From the NCBI GenBank assembly GCA_013265495.1, contig MU058769.1:22477-86476 (forward strand): DNA of 64,000 nucleotides. The letters are read 5' to 3'. The DNA is from Vicugna vicugna (taxonomy: Eukaryota). Positions 1-13,677 of the stretch are shown in pieces; the first letter of the stretch is position 1, and each line of letters starts with the position of its first letter. The notes beneath the pieces were generated by a model that ran no database searches, was not told the DNA's origin, and saw only the letters and a list, made by a program, of their open reading frames with translations. Position numbers and translations under genes: made by a program.

Positions 1-1844
1 TGAGTTGGGGGGGAGGGGTGGGGGGCATGGGAGGAGAGCTTCCCATGTATGTGGATTGTCAATAAATAACGTGTTGGGATGCAAAACGTGTCCACGAGTG
101 ATGGGGGCCCCGGAAACCGCATCGCACAGAGTCCTCACACCCTTCAGTGGGCTGGTGTCCGCTGGGCAGGTGCCTCCGTGGCTCTGAACTATGGAAAGCC
201 AGCACCACGACACCCTGCCCGACCTGCTGGTGCCAGGGCTGAGCGGGGTCCCTTCGGATGGAAAGAAACCAGGCAGAGGGTCTGCTCCTGCTGTTTCTCA
301 AAAGACCACTTCCAGCCTGAGACAGCCAGTTTGTGGCAAAACTCAGGTTTGCACCTGACGTTCTGGCTCTGCCCTCCAGCCACGGTGGCAGTGCCCCTCC
401 ACCCCAGGGTCCTGCACGGGGCAGGCCTCGGATGATCGATCACGGGGGAGGGACCAGAGGCAGGAGCTCTACTCTCAGCTGCTGGGTGGGGGCACGGGGT
501 GAGGGGGCGCAGACAGCTGGCTGTGCGCTCAGAGCCACAGAAGCCCTACAGGACTGGGGGCGGACTTGCTCTGGCTGCTCTAGGTTGGAGGAGCGGGGCT
601 GGTTGGACAGAGCAAGGCAGAGCAGCTTTCAGGCGGGAACTGGGAGACCGGAGGGTGCTGGCGGACGTGGAGGGAAGTGGCCGTTTCCAAGAGGCAGAGC
701 TGAGCGTCGGTGATGAGTAGGACACTGGGGGCTGCGGGGCAGGGTGGGATCCATCTCCCAGGAGCCACCCCAGTAGAGTCCCCACTCACGTCCTCGACCA
801 GCTGCGAGACCAAAGAGCAACTGAGTCAGTGTTCTCTGATCCCGAGGGGGCAACACGGCCCACCTGGCCGGGCGCTCCATGCAGCAGGGCCTGACATAAA
901 CTTGAGGTTGGTCACAATGTGATGAAACAGCACTGAGTTTCATAAGTAACTCTATGGCTGACAAAACATCTTACTCACACACGAGTCTTACTAGTCACCA
1001 AAAAATATCACTGTCCTTTCTGCATACACCAGAACGCAGCTGCTGTGGCTCAGGGATATGCCAGTATAAATAACAGTCCAGCACCTAACACAGTTTCAAA
1101 AACCAGCTACTTGTAGGTAATTTATATTACAGTTTTTTTATGAAAATAACACAGATTAGTGGGAAAGAGTCAGTGGCTCCCAGATTTAAATAAAAGTAGA
1201 AATCTTTACTATTAGAGCAAGAGAAGATTAGAGATTAGAAAAAAATAAGATTTTTTTAAAAAAGATTAGAGGTTAGAGATCTCTAGATTAGACTGCAATG
1301 AAATGTACACACATAATTTATAAATAAATGATAAGGTGACCTCTCTGCCCCAAAAGAAATTCAAACATTAAGTTACCTCCTGATAAATACCAATAAGGGA
1401 AAGAGAATGGAAACAGGAGTTCAGAGAGAGGAAAGAGGCTAAACATTCAGCTGTCGAGCAAGAACTAATCGTATGCTTATTTATATGAATGATCCTGGAC
1501 ACTGAATTTCTATGGATGGGGGTTCCCGTTGGATGCTTTTAGAAGAGAGAAAAAATAAACAGCAACTATCTACTCCTGAATTACAGTATTTACATGCCAC
1601 ACTTCAAAAAGAATAAAGAGGTACAGAGTTTTTCAAAATTCATTAGAGAATTTTAATGCAAAACAGCCTGAAGACCACTGCTGAACTAGAAGGAAACTTG
1701 TTCCACTTACAACCTCCTTCCTGTGACCGTGTCGGCAGCCTGTCCTGCTCGCGCAGGCAGTGCTGCTATGCGTGAGTACACAGAAACCTGGATCAAGCAG
1801 CCATTCATTACACTTTTTTGAACCACATATGAAATAAAAATTGC

Positions 1845-1992
1845 AAGTGATATATGGTATTGTTCTTTTTCTGGCTTACTTCACTTAGAATGATGATCTG
1901 CAGGTCCATCCATGTTGCTGCAAATGACATTATTTTATTCTTTTCCATAGCAGAGTAGTATTCCATTGTATAAATATACCACAGCCTCTTTT
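1845..1992 (-). mobile_element. L1 3' fragment
   Basis: Contains L1 3' motifs (gcttacttcacttagaatg, gtagtattccattgtataaatatacc) and is homologous to 2395-2530. Confidence 0.8.
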
Positions 1993-2009
1993 GTATCTAA
2001 TTTACTTTT

Positions 2010-3342
2010 TAAAATGTATTTGACATTTTTTTATTGAGTTATAGTCAGTTTACAATGTTGCATCAATTTCCAGTGCAGAGCACAATTTTTCAGTTATACC
2101 TGAACATACATATGTTCATTCTCATTCTTTTTCACCAAAAGCTACCACAAGAACTTGTATATATTTCCCTGTGCTATACAGTATAATCTTGTTTATCTAT
2201 TGTATATATACCTGTCAGTGTCTACAAATTTTGAACTCCCAGTCCGTCCCTTCCCACCCCTCTCCCCCTGGCAACCAGAAGTTTGTATTCTGTGTCTATG
2301 AGTCTGTTTCTGTTTTGTGTTTATGTTCATTTGTCTTTTTCTTTTATTTCTTTGTTTCTTTCTTTTTTTTTAGATTCCACATATGAGCAATCTCATATGG
2401 TATTTTTCTTTCTCTTTCTGGCTGACTTCACTTAGTATGACATTCTCCAGGGACATCATGTTGCTGCAAACGGCATTATGTTGTCATTTTTGTGGCTGAA
2501 TAGTATTCCATTGTATAAATATACCACCTCTTCTTTATCCAGTCATCTGTCAATGGACTTTTAGGCTGTTGCCATGTCTTGGCTATTGCAAATAGTGCTA
2601 TGAACATTGGGATGCAGGTGTCTTTTTGAAGTAGGGTTCCTTGTGGATATATGCCCAGGAGTGTGGATTTCTGGGTCATATGGTAAGTCTGTTCCTAGTC
2701 TTTTGAGGAATCTCCACACTGTTTTCCACAGTGGCTGCACCAAACTGCATTCCCACCAGCAGTGTAGGAGGGTTCCTCTTTCTCCACAGCCTCTCCAGCA
2801 TTTGTCATTTGTGGACTTTTGAGTGACGGCCATTCTGACTGGTGTGAGATCATACCTCACTGTAGTTTTGACTTGCATTTCTGTGATAATTAGCGATATT
2901 GAGCATTTTTTCATGTCCCTGTAGGGGACATGTTTGTATGTTTTCATTGGAGAAATGCTTGTTTAGGTCTTCTGCCCATTTTTGGATTGGGTTGTTTGTT
3001 TTTTAGTTATTCAGTTGTATGACCTGTTTATATATTCTGGAAACTGAGACTTTGTCAGTTGAAATATTTGCAAATATTTTCTCCCATTTCGTAGGTTGTC
3101 TTTTCGTTTTGCTTACAGTTTCCTTTGCTGTACAAAAGCTTATAGGTTCAGTTAGTTCCCATTTGTTTACTTTGCTTTTATTTCTGTTGCTTGGTTGGGT
3201 AGACTGCCCTAGGAGAACATGGCCGAGGCGAATGTCAGATCATGTTTTGCCTATGTTTCCTTCTAAGAGGTGTGTAGTGTCTTGTCTTATGTTTAAGTCT
3301 TTAAGCCATTTTGAATTTGTTTTTGTGTATGGTGTGAGGGAG
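2010..3342 (-). mobile_element. 5'-truncated L1 (ORF2 C-terminus plus 3' UTR)
   Basis: Minus-strand peptides [30 protein letters not shown] and [19 protein letters not shown]-rich tail at the left end. Confidence 0.92.
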
Positions 3343-3775
3343 TAGTCTTTCTGTGTTTTGAAAACGGAGCATTTTGGTATGGTGTGGAAAAGCAACATGA
3401 GGATGGGAGGAAAACGCCTTGAAAAATGACACAATTTCCTCCAGGAAATGGAAAAAGAAAGTCCCCATTACAAGGCAGTCCTGTTGAGAAACTGCATATC
3501 AGACAAAAGAGTTATGTTTTTGTATTCAGTATCTTTGTAAATATGCTTTCTAGTCACAGACTTACAGGCATGAGATTCGTAACAGATACTGATTTGTTAT
3601 AAATGTCTCTTAGTAAGATGTCGAAGGCACTGCTGTGTTAACAAACTGATTATTACGTAAAAGGACACAGTGCACCAGAGTTGGTTTGCTAGGATACTTC
3701 ATTCAGGTTCCAAAGCTAGGTTCTTGCCACTTCTTCCTTCAGGTGGAATCACCCCTGACCTGGCAGGAGGCAGTG

Positions 3776-4707
3776 ATGAGGAATCATACAGCAGTAACAA
3801 CATTCATCCTGCTGGGATTAACAATGACCCAGAACTACAAGTTCTGCTCTTTCTATTTCTGTTCCTCACCTGCATGTTGAGTGTGGCTGGGAACCTCATC
3901 ATTATCACCCTGACACTTTTGGATTCCCATCTTCAAACTCCCATGTATTTTTTCCTCCGAAATGCCTCTTTCTTAGAAGTCTCATTCACCACGGTCTGTA
4001 TTCCCAGATTCCTGTATACTCTGACAACTGGAGACAATACTGTTACCTATAATGCTTGTGCCACCCAATTCTTTTTTGTTGTCCTCTTTGGAGCAACCGA
4101 ATTTTTTCTCCTGGCCGCCGTGTCCTATGACCGCTACGTGGCCATCTGTGAGCCCCTGCACGACATGACCACCGTGAACAGCAGGGTCTGCACGACACCC
4201 GTTCTGTGCTGTTGGTTTGCGGGCCTGTTGATTGTCCTCCCGCCTCTGGGCGTGGGCCTCTGGCTGGAATTCTGTGACTCGAATGTGACTGATCGTTCTG
4301 GCTGTGATGCATCATCACAGATAACCTGCTCAGACACTGTGCTGATAGAGAGAACGGTCTTGAGTTTGGCGGTGCTGACACTCATTACGACCTTAGTGTG
4401 CGTAGTCCTCTTCTACACATACATCATCAGGACCATTCTAAGATTCCCTTCTGCCCAACAAAGGAAAAAGGCCTTTTCCACCGGCTCCTCCCACATGACT
4501 GTGGTTTCCATCACCTACGGCAGCTGCATCTTCATCTACATCAAACCTTCCGCAAAGGAAGGAGTGGCCATAAACAAAGTGGTGTCTGTGCTCACCGCTT
4601 CAGTTGCCCCTTTGCTGAATCCATTCATTTATACCCTTCGAAACAAACAAGGGAAAGAAACCTTCAAAGACACAGTAAAATGGATTGTGTTTCTCACAAA
4701 GAGGTAA
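3776..4707 (+). pseudogene. Olfactory receptor pseudogene, OR6C subfamily (OR6C2-like)
   Basis: ATG at 3776 gives [16 protein letters not shown]; a 1-nt deletion at ~3822 then shifts into the 3670 frame. OR motifs [27 protein letters not shown] (C>G) and [12 protein letters not shown] are present. There is also a small in-frame deletion in [10 protein letters not shown]. Confidence 0.9.
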
Positions 4708-5454
4708 GACACTATTGCTGTTTTTTGAGACTGACTTAAAATTAAACCTGAATAACCCAGGAGCAACATTCATGAATTTGCCAAATAAATAGTTTCTTCC
4801 GATTCTGTAGGTTAATCAAGCGAATCCTCTCCCAGGAATTTTCTTTTATACTCCAAATGCCAAAATCAAGCTCCTTCTTTCAAGTTTATTTTATTCAAAA
4901 TGTTTTTTTTCCCATTAATACGTGTTTCAGAGACTAGATTCCCAAAATACTCAATGTCATAAAAGGGAAATAAAGATACATGAAGCTGTATGTCTGGGCA
5001 TATGGCCTTCTCGTGATGTGGAATATAAATGCCCAGAGAGCATTTCTCACATGTTAGGAAGACTCCAGTGCCCAGTGTCCAGTTGAACAAGAGTAATTAA
5101 AAATTCTTCATCAAAGCTTAAAACATGGTCTTAAAGAAAAGTTTGCACTCCAGAGCTCTCTTTGTCATGTTAAAATGTCCAGTTTTTAGGAATGAGTAAA
5201 AGGTGTTAATGGGGAAAATTCAAAATCAGTGAAGATAATAATTTTAAACCAATTTATCTACAAAAATGTTTCTACTGGCCTATCTAGAAATGATGTGCAT
5301 GTACTGCATCTTGAAATACCTGATTACAGAAGAGAAGGAACAAGACTTCTGAGCGCTAGAGTCGTCTACTGACACGGCCCCTGACGGTGCTTAGACACAG
5401 ACCCCAGGAGAACAAGCCCTGACTTTGGGAGTAGGGCAAGTAAATCTTACCAGA

Positions 5455-5960
5455 AACATAAACATGAAGGCAAAAAAGAAATTTAAGAAGATGATATGGG
5501 AGAACAGTTTCATAGCCTTGGGTTAGGGAAGAATTTCTTAAATTAGATACAACAAACAATTGATAAACACAACTGCATTAAGATTAAGAATTTGTTCACC
5601 AAAAGAAACCCATTAACAGAGTCAATAGTAAAAGATATCTGCAACTCATATAACCCAAAAAGTAATTAAATTGAGAATATATAAGGAATTCCAATAAATC
5701 AATAGGAAAAAGACAGATAACCCAATGAAAAAGAAGTGGTCAAGAGACCGGAATAGGAACTTCAAAAAAGAGAAAAATAAATGGCTAATATAGGTATAGA
5801 AAATTCTTCACCTACACTAGTAATTACAGAAAAGCAGATTAAGGTCACATGAGTTCCCTAATTCAAAAAGATACATGCACCCCAATGTTCATAGCAGCAC
5901 TGTTTACAATAGCCAACCTAAAAGTCCATCGACAGATGAATGGATTAAATAAGATGTGGG

Positions 5961-5995
<35 letters not shown>

Positions 5996-6600
5996 CACAC
6001 ACGTACACAATGAAATACTACTCAGCTATAAAGAGAATGAGATAATGCCATTTGCAGCAACATGGATGGACCTAGAGATTACACAAAGTGAAGTAAGACA
6101 AAGACAATGACATTGCTTATATGTGGAATCTAAAAAATGATACAAATGAACTTGTTTGCAGAACAGAAATAGACTCACAGACATAGACATACCAGAGGTG
6201 GTGATACTGGAAATAATTAGAGTACTTTGAAATCAGTTTGGCATCACTAGTAAAGTTGAAGCTATTCATACCAATAACCCAGCAATTCCATTCTTGGAAT
6301 ATATTTCATAGAGAAAATTTCAGACGGGTCACTATAGCTGTACATTTCATAATTTCCCCAAAATGAAAAATAAATTCCTGTCAGCTGAATGAATGAATAA
6401 ATTATAGTAAATTCATACAATGGAATACTATAGTGAAAATGAATGACTCACAGCAACACAAATGAATACTAAGCATAAAATTGAACAAAAGAAGCAAGAC
6501 AGTAAAGAATACATACAATGTAATCCCAAATTTATGAAGTTTGAAAACAGGCAACACTAAACTATATTGTTTAAGGATCTATACTTAAGTAATAAGATTA
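5455..6600 (+). mobile_element. Old L1M 3' remnant with a nested younger L1 3' fragment (~5855-6190) and a (GT)n microsatellite (~5960-5990)
   Basis: Degenerate L1 ORF2-end and 3' UTR motifs (cccaatgttcatagcagcac, gccatttgcagcaacatggatggacc). Confidence 0.75.
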
Positions 6601-9281
6601 TAAGTGTAAGCAATTTAGTTGGTTGAAATTTCCTCATATGCAAATGCAGATAAAAATAAGAACAGGCTGCAAAGATTTCTGTGAGGACTAAATAACTTAC
6701 TGCATGTAACAGAGTCAGCCTCTCCTTTAAAAACAATAGAGAACACTTAACAAGCAAAGTTACTCATATGGTTCTCCTTGGTCTTGCTGTTAATGTTCCT
6801 GGTGTTAATACTGCTATTGATTTTTTATCTTTTGAAACTTCTGTGAACACAAACCTCTATCCAAAACAAAGGTTTTAGCCACATGTTTTCTCCTTTTTGA
6901 GTCTGATCTTCATACTTCATTCTTATAATAGCAGGTGATGAACACGAGGAAAGGAATGGACAGAAAATAAGATGATATTGATTTATATTTTGGAGTGGGT
7001 GGTGAGTGAATGACTTAATCATCATTTGAGAGATGGTTTGATTTCTGATGAATCTGCAAGTACCATAGGGGCCACCCATCCTCCTACAAATGAAAGGACC
7101 CCTAACTGTGTTGACATTACAAAAATAGCTTATGAAATATTTTCAGAATGTGGGGCTCTTCAGTGACCCTCAAATTGCGTCACCAGTGCAGTAGCATATT
7201 TCAATGATAACTAAGCGATAATTCTTCTAACCATCCTCAAAGGTCTCACCCCATTGCTCTCAGCCTTTCTCGAACTCTTAGGCTGTAGCTGAGTCTCTCA
7301 TCGCACTTTTTTTGGTCTTTTTTGCCAGCTTTATTGAAATATAGTTGATATACAACACTGTGTAACTTTAAGATGTTCAAGGTGATAATTTGATACTCTC
7401 ATTGCCCTTTTGACACAGTCTCCCTGGCCCTTCTCCTCTTAGATGTGTGTCCACATCTTGCTCACAGAGTTGTCAGCAATTGGTGTTCATTAGCACCTTC
7501 TGAACTTGGGTCCACAGGGCACCTTTAGCTTCTTTAGGAAATTGATCCCCATGTGCCTGCTCTCAATACGGAGCAGATAAACTCTGGGTCACTCTTGCTT
7601 ACACGGAATCTGCAATGTTCGTATCTTAGCTCCTTGAAAGAGTATGGCAGGATAGGATCAGACAGTATAAAGAAAATATGCTAATTTTTCACTAGTTGTA
7701 GACACATGTGTGAATCTCATCTTTGATTCATCTTCTCAAATCAACAAAGTAAACAGACCACTGCAGTCATTCAAATTGTGAAGAGCATGAGCACTTTATG
7801 TTTCCAGTTCCCAGAATCACCAACATTATCATCTTGTGGACATAGACCATGAAATTATACTACTGTGAAGTTCTGGAAGAAAACAAAAAGCTACTGTTAA
7901 AACTCACAGGTGAGTACATCAGGGAAGTGAGATCCAGATCTGAGAAAACCAGCTCAAGGTTCAACCTCACCTGGTCCCTCCGTACTCACTCACAGCTGTC
8001 GTGGGAAAATTATCACTGATGGCTGAAAGTGTATGATTTTTCTAACTAACTATGCATGTGGATTAGATTATCCCTTAAAATGTCCTTTGCCACAGGAATC
8101 TTCAAAATCCGATAAGGCTAAAGATGGCAAAGCAGACGTTCCTTCCTTGTGTGCCACTAATTTATCTACAAAGGACAACTGTAATAACAGTGTTAGTGTC
8201 AACCTCCTGCTCTCTGTGTTCTAAGAGCAGTGGACACACGTCTGAGATTAGAACCAACTTCTACTCCCGCATACTATTCAGGTATCTTCAAAAATTCCAG
8301 CCAGACCCATTCTGAGAGATGTGTCCTGTGGCTGCCACAGTCTCTCTCTGCCTGGTGGTGTGCCAAATCAGTGCCCAGAAGACTCCAAATATGGCAGCAA
8401 AGCGTAAAGTTTAATGCTTATCAATATGATTTAGTGATGACCAAGACCTGGACAGAGGAAAAGACTCACAGGATAAAATAACAGAGTCAGGAAACAAAGG
8501 TCTCAGAATCTTAAAGGCCAGATAGGCACCTACCCCACAAAATTCAGAGAGGTAGCAAGAAATCAGAGTTGGATCTGGGATCTGCAGCATCGACTGCACT
8601 GGGAGAATTTCCACAGGTTACTTACAGAGAGAACCAGGAACTAGTATGTGAAGGAGATGACGGTCAGTGACAGACACATGATGAAGTATCAGGTAGTATG
8701 TGAAGGGGAACACAGAAAGAAAAGAGGAACAGACAGAAACATTTATACAAGAACATAGAAGTGAGAGCGGTAAGTCAGCTGAAACGATTTAAGTGTTGGA
8801 AATTTATGAACATTTCATAAGAAAGGACAGGTACAGAGAGTCATTATTGGGTGCCATGTCTTTCCTAAGGACCTAGGAACAGGAGAAATGACAAAAACTT
8901 CATGAATAGAATCAGTGTTTTGCATTTTGTAGCCTTTATCCCACTGTATGAATCTTCTATGCACATCCTTCATGTGTGTTTTAGATCTGTTTTATTCTTT
9001 GTGCTTTAGTCAATTTGTATTGATGTTTTACTGTGAAAATATTAACCTTGCCAAAAAAAAAAAAAAAGCTTTATGAGTCAAGCCACTTGCACAGGAACCT
9101 TGGGGCTTCGAAAGAGCCAAGCCCAGTCCAATGGGATGCCAGTTCGGGTCAATCTGAATGAAGGGCTGGTAACATGACCTGCTTCTGTTGGTTGCTATTA
9201 ACTTCATTTTTCCCACCCTGGGAAACTCCAGTTGTCATCACTGATCCTGCCTTTTCCCCTTAGATCTACTGAGGGCCAACA

Positions 9282-10209
9282 ATGAAAAACCGAACCACAT
9301 TTACTGAATTTATCTTGCAGGGCTTTACAAATCGACCAGAACTCCAAGTGGTGATATTCATCTTTCTGTTCCTCGCCTACATGTTGAGCGTCCTGGGAAA
9401 TTTGACTGTCATCATACTCACTCTGATAGACCCCCACCTCAAGACCCCTATGTATTCTTCCTCCGAAATTTTCCCTTCTTAGAAATTTCCTTCACGGCCA
9501 TTCTTATTCCCAGATTTCTAACCAGTATGACAACAGCAAATAAAGTCATCTGCTTTGCTGGCAGCCTGATTCAGTATTTTTTTGCTATATTTCTTGGGGC
9601 CACAGAGTTTTACCTCCTGGCGTCTATGTCCTATGACTGCCACGTGGCCACCTGCAAGCCCCTGCACTACCCGACCATCATGAGCAGCCGAGTCTGCGTC
9701 CAGCTCGTGTTCTGCTCCTGGCTGGGGGGGTTCCTAGCTAACTTCCCCCCAGTCATCTTGATGAGCCAGGTGGACTTCTGTGCTTCCAATGTTCTGAATC
9801 ACTGCTACTGTGACTACGGGCCCCTCCTGGAGCTTGCCTGCTCAGACACAAGCCTCTTAGAACTGATGGTCATCTTCTTGGCGGTTGTGACCCTGGTGGT
9901 TACTCTGGTGCTGGTGACACTTTCTTCTACATACATTATCAGGACAATTCGGAGGATCCCCTCTGCCCAGCAAAGGACAAAGGTTTTTTCCACAGTCCCT
10001 CCCATATGATTGTCATCTCTCTCTCTTATGGCAGCTGCATGTTTATGTACATTAATCCTTCTGCAAAAGAAGAAGGTGTTTTCAACAAAGGAATAGCTGT
10101 GCTCGTTACTTCAATTACTCCCTTGTTAAACCCTTTCATTTACACTCTAAGAAATCAGCAAGTGAAGCAAGCATTGAAGAACACCATCAAAAAGACCGTG
10201 AAGCTTTAA
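9282..10209 (+). pseudogene. OR6C4: Olfactory receptor pseudogene, OR6C4-like
   Basis: Three consecutive ORF pieces (9282, 9527, 10006) join into a full OR. Apparent 1-nt deletions at ~9456 (PMY/FF) and ~9995 (KVFST/SSH); DRY is changed to [22 protein letters not shown] and [18 protein letters not shown] match my recollection of OR6C4. Confidence 0.88.
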
Positions 10210-10985
10210 ATATCTATCTATCTATCTATATAGCTATCTCAAGGAAATACATTCCACTTAATAAATATGTACTGAATGTCTACTATATTTCAAGTGCTGA
10301 ACCAGCACTTGAGGACAAAAGTATAAGGGGCGTATGCCCTAATTTCAAGCAATCTACGATCTAATGTGATAGAAATGTGTATAAACTGTAAATTGATGTC
10401 GTAAGTTAAAAAAAAAGAATATGGCAAGTGTTATTAGAGAAAGTTGACTAAGGATCCGTGAAAAGAACAATTGGAAAGAATTAACTGCTTTCTGGAAATT
10501 ACTTGAAATTTAAGAGGCAAACATCCTGCTTATTTAGAAGAGTGGGAAAGTAAAACTTTAGAGCAAGAAAGAGAGGCCAGATCATAAAGGTATTTATTAC
10601 AAAGTGTGGAGTTAGCTGGATCTCGGTGAGCCAAGAGACGTTTAAGAAAGGAGGTGATGTTATCAGCATCGTCTGCAAGGAGGTCTAGCACGGGCACTGC
10701 TCTTCACTGTGGAGCGCTGGAGACCATGCTTCTATCAAAGTGTCAACATTTTTTATTCTCCTTTCCTCTTTCATTTATTTTTCAACTGTAGCCATTGCAA
10801 CTTCCATCCTCCCATAAAGAAAAAAGGCTTTACATTTCATCCACTTTTCTCCAAATGAGGTGAAAATTCTCAAGATTTTGTCAACTTACATATCCGTTTT
10901 CTAGAAGTTATGGTTAGGTTTCTAGAGGGAAGGTTAGAATCCTCTCACTTCTCCTATTGGTGGTTTTCATAAACTGACATTTTTT

Positions 10986-11143
10986 NNNNNNNNNNNNNNN
11001 NNNNNNNNNNNNNNNNNNNNNNNNNNNNNNNNNNNNNNNNNNNNNNNNNNNNNNNNNNNNNNNNNNNNNNNNNNNNNNNNNNNNNNNNNNNNNNNNNNNN
11101 NNNNNNNNNNNNNNNNNNNNNNNNNNNNNNNNNNNNNNNNNNN
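10986..11143. other. Assembly gap (N run)
   Basis: Ns flanked by poly-T. Confidence 1.
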
Positions 11144-11789
11144 TTTTTTTTAAAAAATAAGCCACGGATAACTGTTTCATAAAGTAGAGAAGAATATAAG
11201 GTATTCATACAGTTTTATGTCTAGAACGTTCCAAATTTTGAGTCTCTGCAAACAACTGGAAATGGACTACCCTACCCAGAACTCTACATGGAGTCAAAGG
11301 GAGAGCAAATTCAATCTGAATCAATGTCAGTGGAACAGGGCATTTTGGAAATCTGAGTATTTGTACATTGTTTGGTACTATCCTAATTCATTGCAGAATG
11401 CTGATTACTGTTTGGGATACAAATGGAACATCATCTGATGTGTTCACACCTGTTATACGTGGTAGTGACACTGAATGGCACAATGCTCCTCAAGCACTTA
11501 AGGAGCAAACTGTACTGGACTGATCGTGAGACCAAACTCCCAGAACCGCAGAAAGCACTGAACAGTGTACAGTAGTTTCAATAAATGGCCTTTCATATAA
11601 AACCACTGCTGTTTTGAATATCTGGGTTTCCTTGGTGGATAAGCTAGAGATTAGTGGTGACTTTCAATTTATTCCAACTTCACTGAACTGTTAATAAATA
11701 GAGAAATATTCTTAAACAGCCACACCTGAATCATTAAGTTCCCCCAAATCGACATTTCTACCAAAACCTATGATGAAGTGGGAGACAAA

Positions 11790-12030
11790 GCCACACTGTG
11801 GTTGAAAATACAGGCTTTCGCTCAAATCCCGGATTCTCAACCTTCTACCCAAGTCTCCTTGCAACAGTTTTTCACCTCTCTAACGCTTACTTTTCTCAAC
11901 TCTAAATCTCAACTCTAAATGTGGATAATAATAGTATCTATATCTTAGGATCGTTTTGAGCATTAAATGAGATAGTAAGCATTAAAAATTTTAAAGCCAT
12001 TACTAAGTGTTTAATAAATGCTATCCATTA
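11790..12030 (+). mobile_element. MIR SINE
   Basis: MIR core (ctcaactctaaatgtggataataatagtatc...cattaaatgagata). Confidence 0.7.
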
Positions 12031-13189
12031 TAACAGTATGGTAATAATAACCAATGTCCTTTTCAAGAAACTCAGGCTTAACTGGTAAAAATAGGTATTA
12101 AATTGTTTGGTTTAACCCGAGACTGTAAAGATGTTGGCCATTCTACTTGCCGCAAGGCCAGCTTGTTTCCATTCCTCTTCTGTCCAGCTGCATCCTCGGT
12201 TAGCCAGGTCAGTGAAGGTCTAACCCGCACTTCAGATAAAGCCAATCAGAACACCCGGCAGCGGACTGTTAGGACTGGGCTACCGCCGACTCCCCGTGCC
12301 CTGGACGCCAAGTATGCCGAGATAAAGAAGAAGACTACTTGTGCAAGTCAAAGTCCAGGAATATGAGCCAGGGCTCCACCCAGTCTTCATAATAAAAGCA
12401 TTTTGAAATGAAATCAGGAGGGAACGTGTCACCTTCTACAAGAGCTTGCCCAGAGGACAAAAGAAAAAGACAAGTCACGCTCTTCTGAAACTGTCCACCT
12501 GGCTATCTTTATGTTAATATTGACTTGGAATGTAACCCAAGTCACAGAAAAGCAAAGGAATGAGCTTACTAATTCTGCAGCTGAACCTTTAGAGCATTCA
12601 GGGTCTAATTAAGTGGATGGGTTTCATCCTCCTGTCACCGCTGTTGATAAGAATCAAAAGAAACAGCTCTACAGCCTCATATTCCCAGGATAGTATCAAT
12701 AGGGCTGGGGTGAGGGGAGAATAAAAGCAAGTGAGACCGGACCTACTGCGCCAAGTGTTCACTCCTCTCTCCCCTCTCCCTGAGCCCCCAGAGCTTGTGG
12801 GCTTATGAATTATAAATCTAAACCCAAAGCCACTTCTTGCAAAGAGTTTAAAATAAAATTCAAAAGGAAAGGGGAGAATTTTTTAAGAAGTCAAGCAAGG
12901 TAAGAACAGTTCTATAATGACTTGGGTTTTCCAGCCTAAGGATCATCTTTGTCATTTCTTTAGATTCACCCAGAAGGTCACAAACCAGGGCTTAAGCTTC
13001 AGCCCTTACACATCACTAGACAGTATCGCTGAAGCTCTGCAGGGGTTATGAGTTCAGAAGCCACGATAACCACCCATCTGAGGAATACAGCCACTGTGAA
13101 TTGGGGGCTGGGGTGGGGAGCAAGATTACACACAAGACAACAGAGGAAGGGAAGAATTATAGGAACAGAAACATCAAGAATTTAACAAG

Positions 13190-13365
13190 TTTATACTGTA
13201 TAGTACAGGGAACTATATTCAATATCTTATAGTAACATGGTGAAAAAGAATATGAAAATGAATATATGTCTGTTCATGTATGACTGAAGCATTATGTTAT
13301 ACACCAGAAATTGACACGCTGCAAACTGACTATACTTCAATGAAAAAAAAAATATACACATATAC
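13190..13365 (+). mobile_element. L1 extreme 3' tail
   Basis: actgtatagtacagggaactatattcaatatct...gactatacttcaat followed by an A tail; same family as 2020-2200, 21080-21315 and 43790-43985. Confidence 0.8.
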
Positions 13366-13563
13366 AAAATTTTTTTTACTAAGTATAATCTCCTCAAAAA
13401 GATAAGAATGATACTGGTAACATGAAGGACAAGACATTAGAAAAATAACTAGGTAAAAAATATGGCTGAAAAACCTAATAAATGAAACAAAGATGAGGCT
13501 AATACCAAGAGAGAAGGAACTAAAACATTCATTAAAACTGAGCTAGAAGACCAGACCTCATAA

Positions 13564-13677
13564 GGAGGGAGGGTATAGCTCAAGTGGTAGAGTGCGTGCT
13601 TAGCATGCACAAGGCCCTCCGTTAAAGTAAAACAAACAAATAAATAAAATAAACCTAGTTACCTTCCGCCCCCCCAA
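13564..13677 (+). mobile_element. tRNA-derived SINE (camelid vic-1-like), internally deleted
   Basis: Head gggtatagctcaagtggtagagtgcgtgcttagcatgc; imperfect TSD aagaccagacctcataa / aagatcagacctgataa. Confidence 0.82.

Noticed and set aside
3670..4707. 345-aa ORF as an intact OR gene
   Set aside because: It starts at GTG; the true ATG and N-glycosylation site are in another frame, and conserved motifs are mutated.
13564..13640. tRNA-Ala-like sequences (also at 16100, 25570, 44780, 50010 and 62130) as tRNA genes
   Set aside because: They have degenerate stems, A-rich tails and in some cases TSDs, so they are SINE copies.
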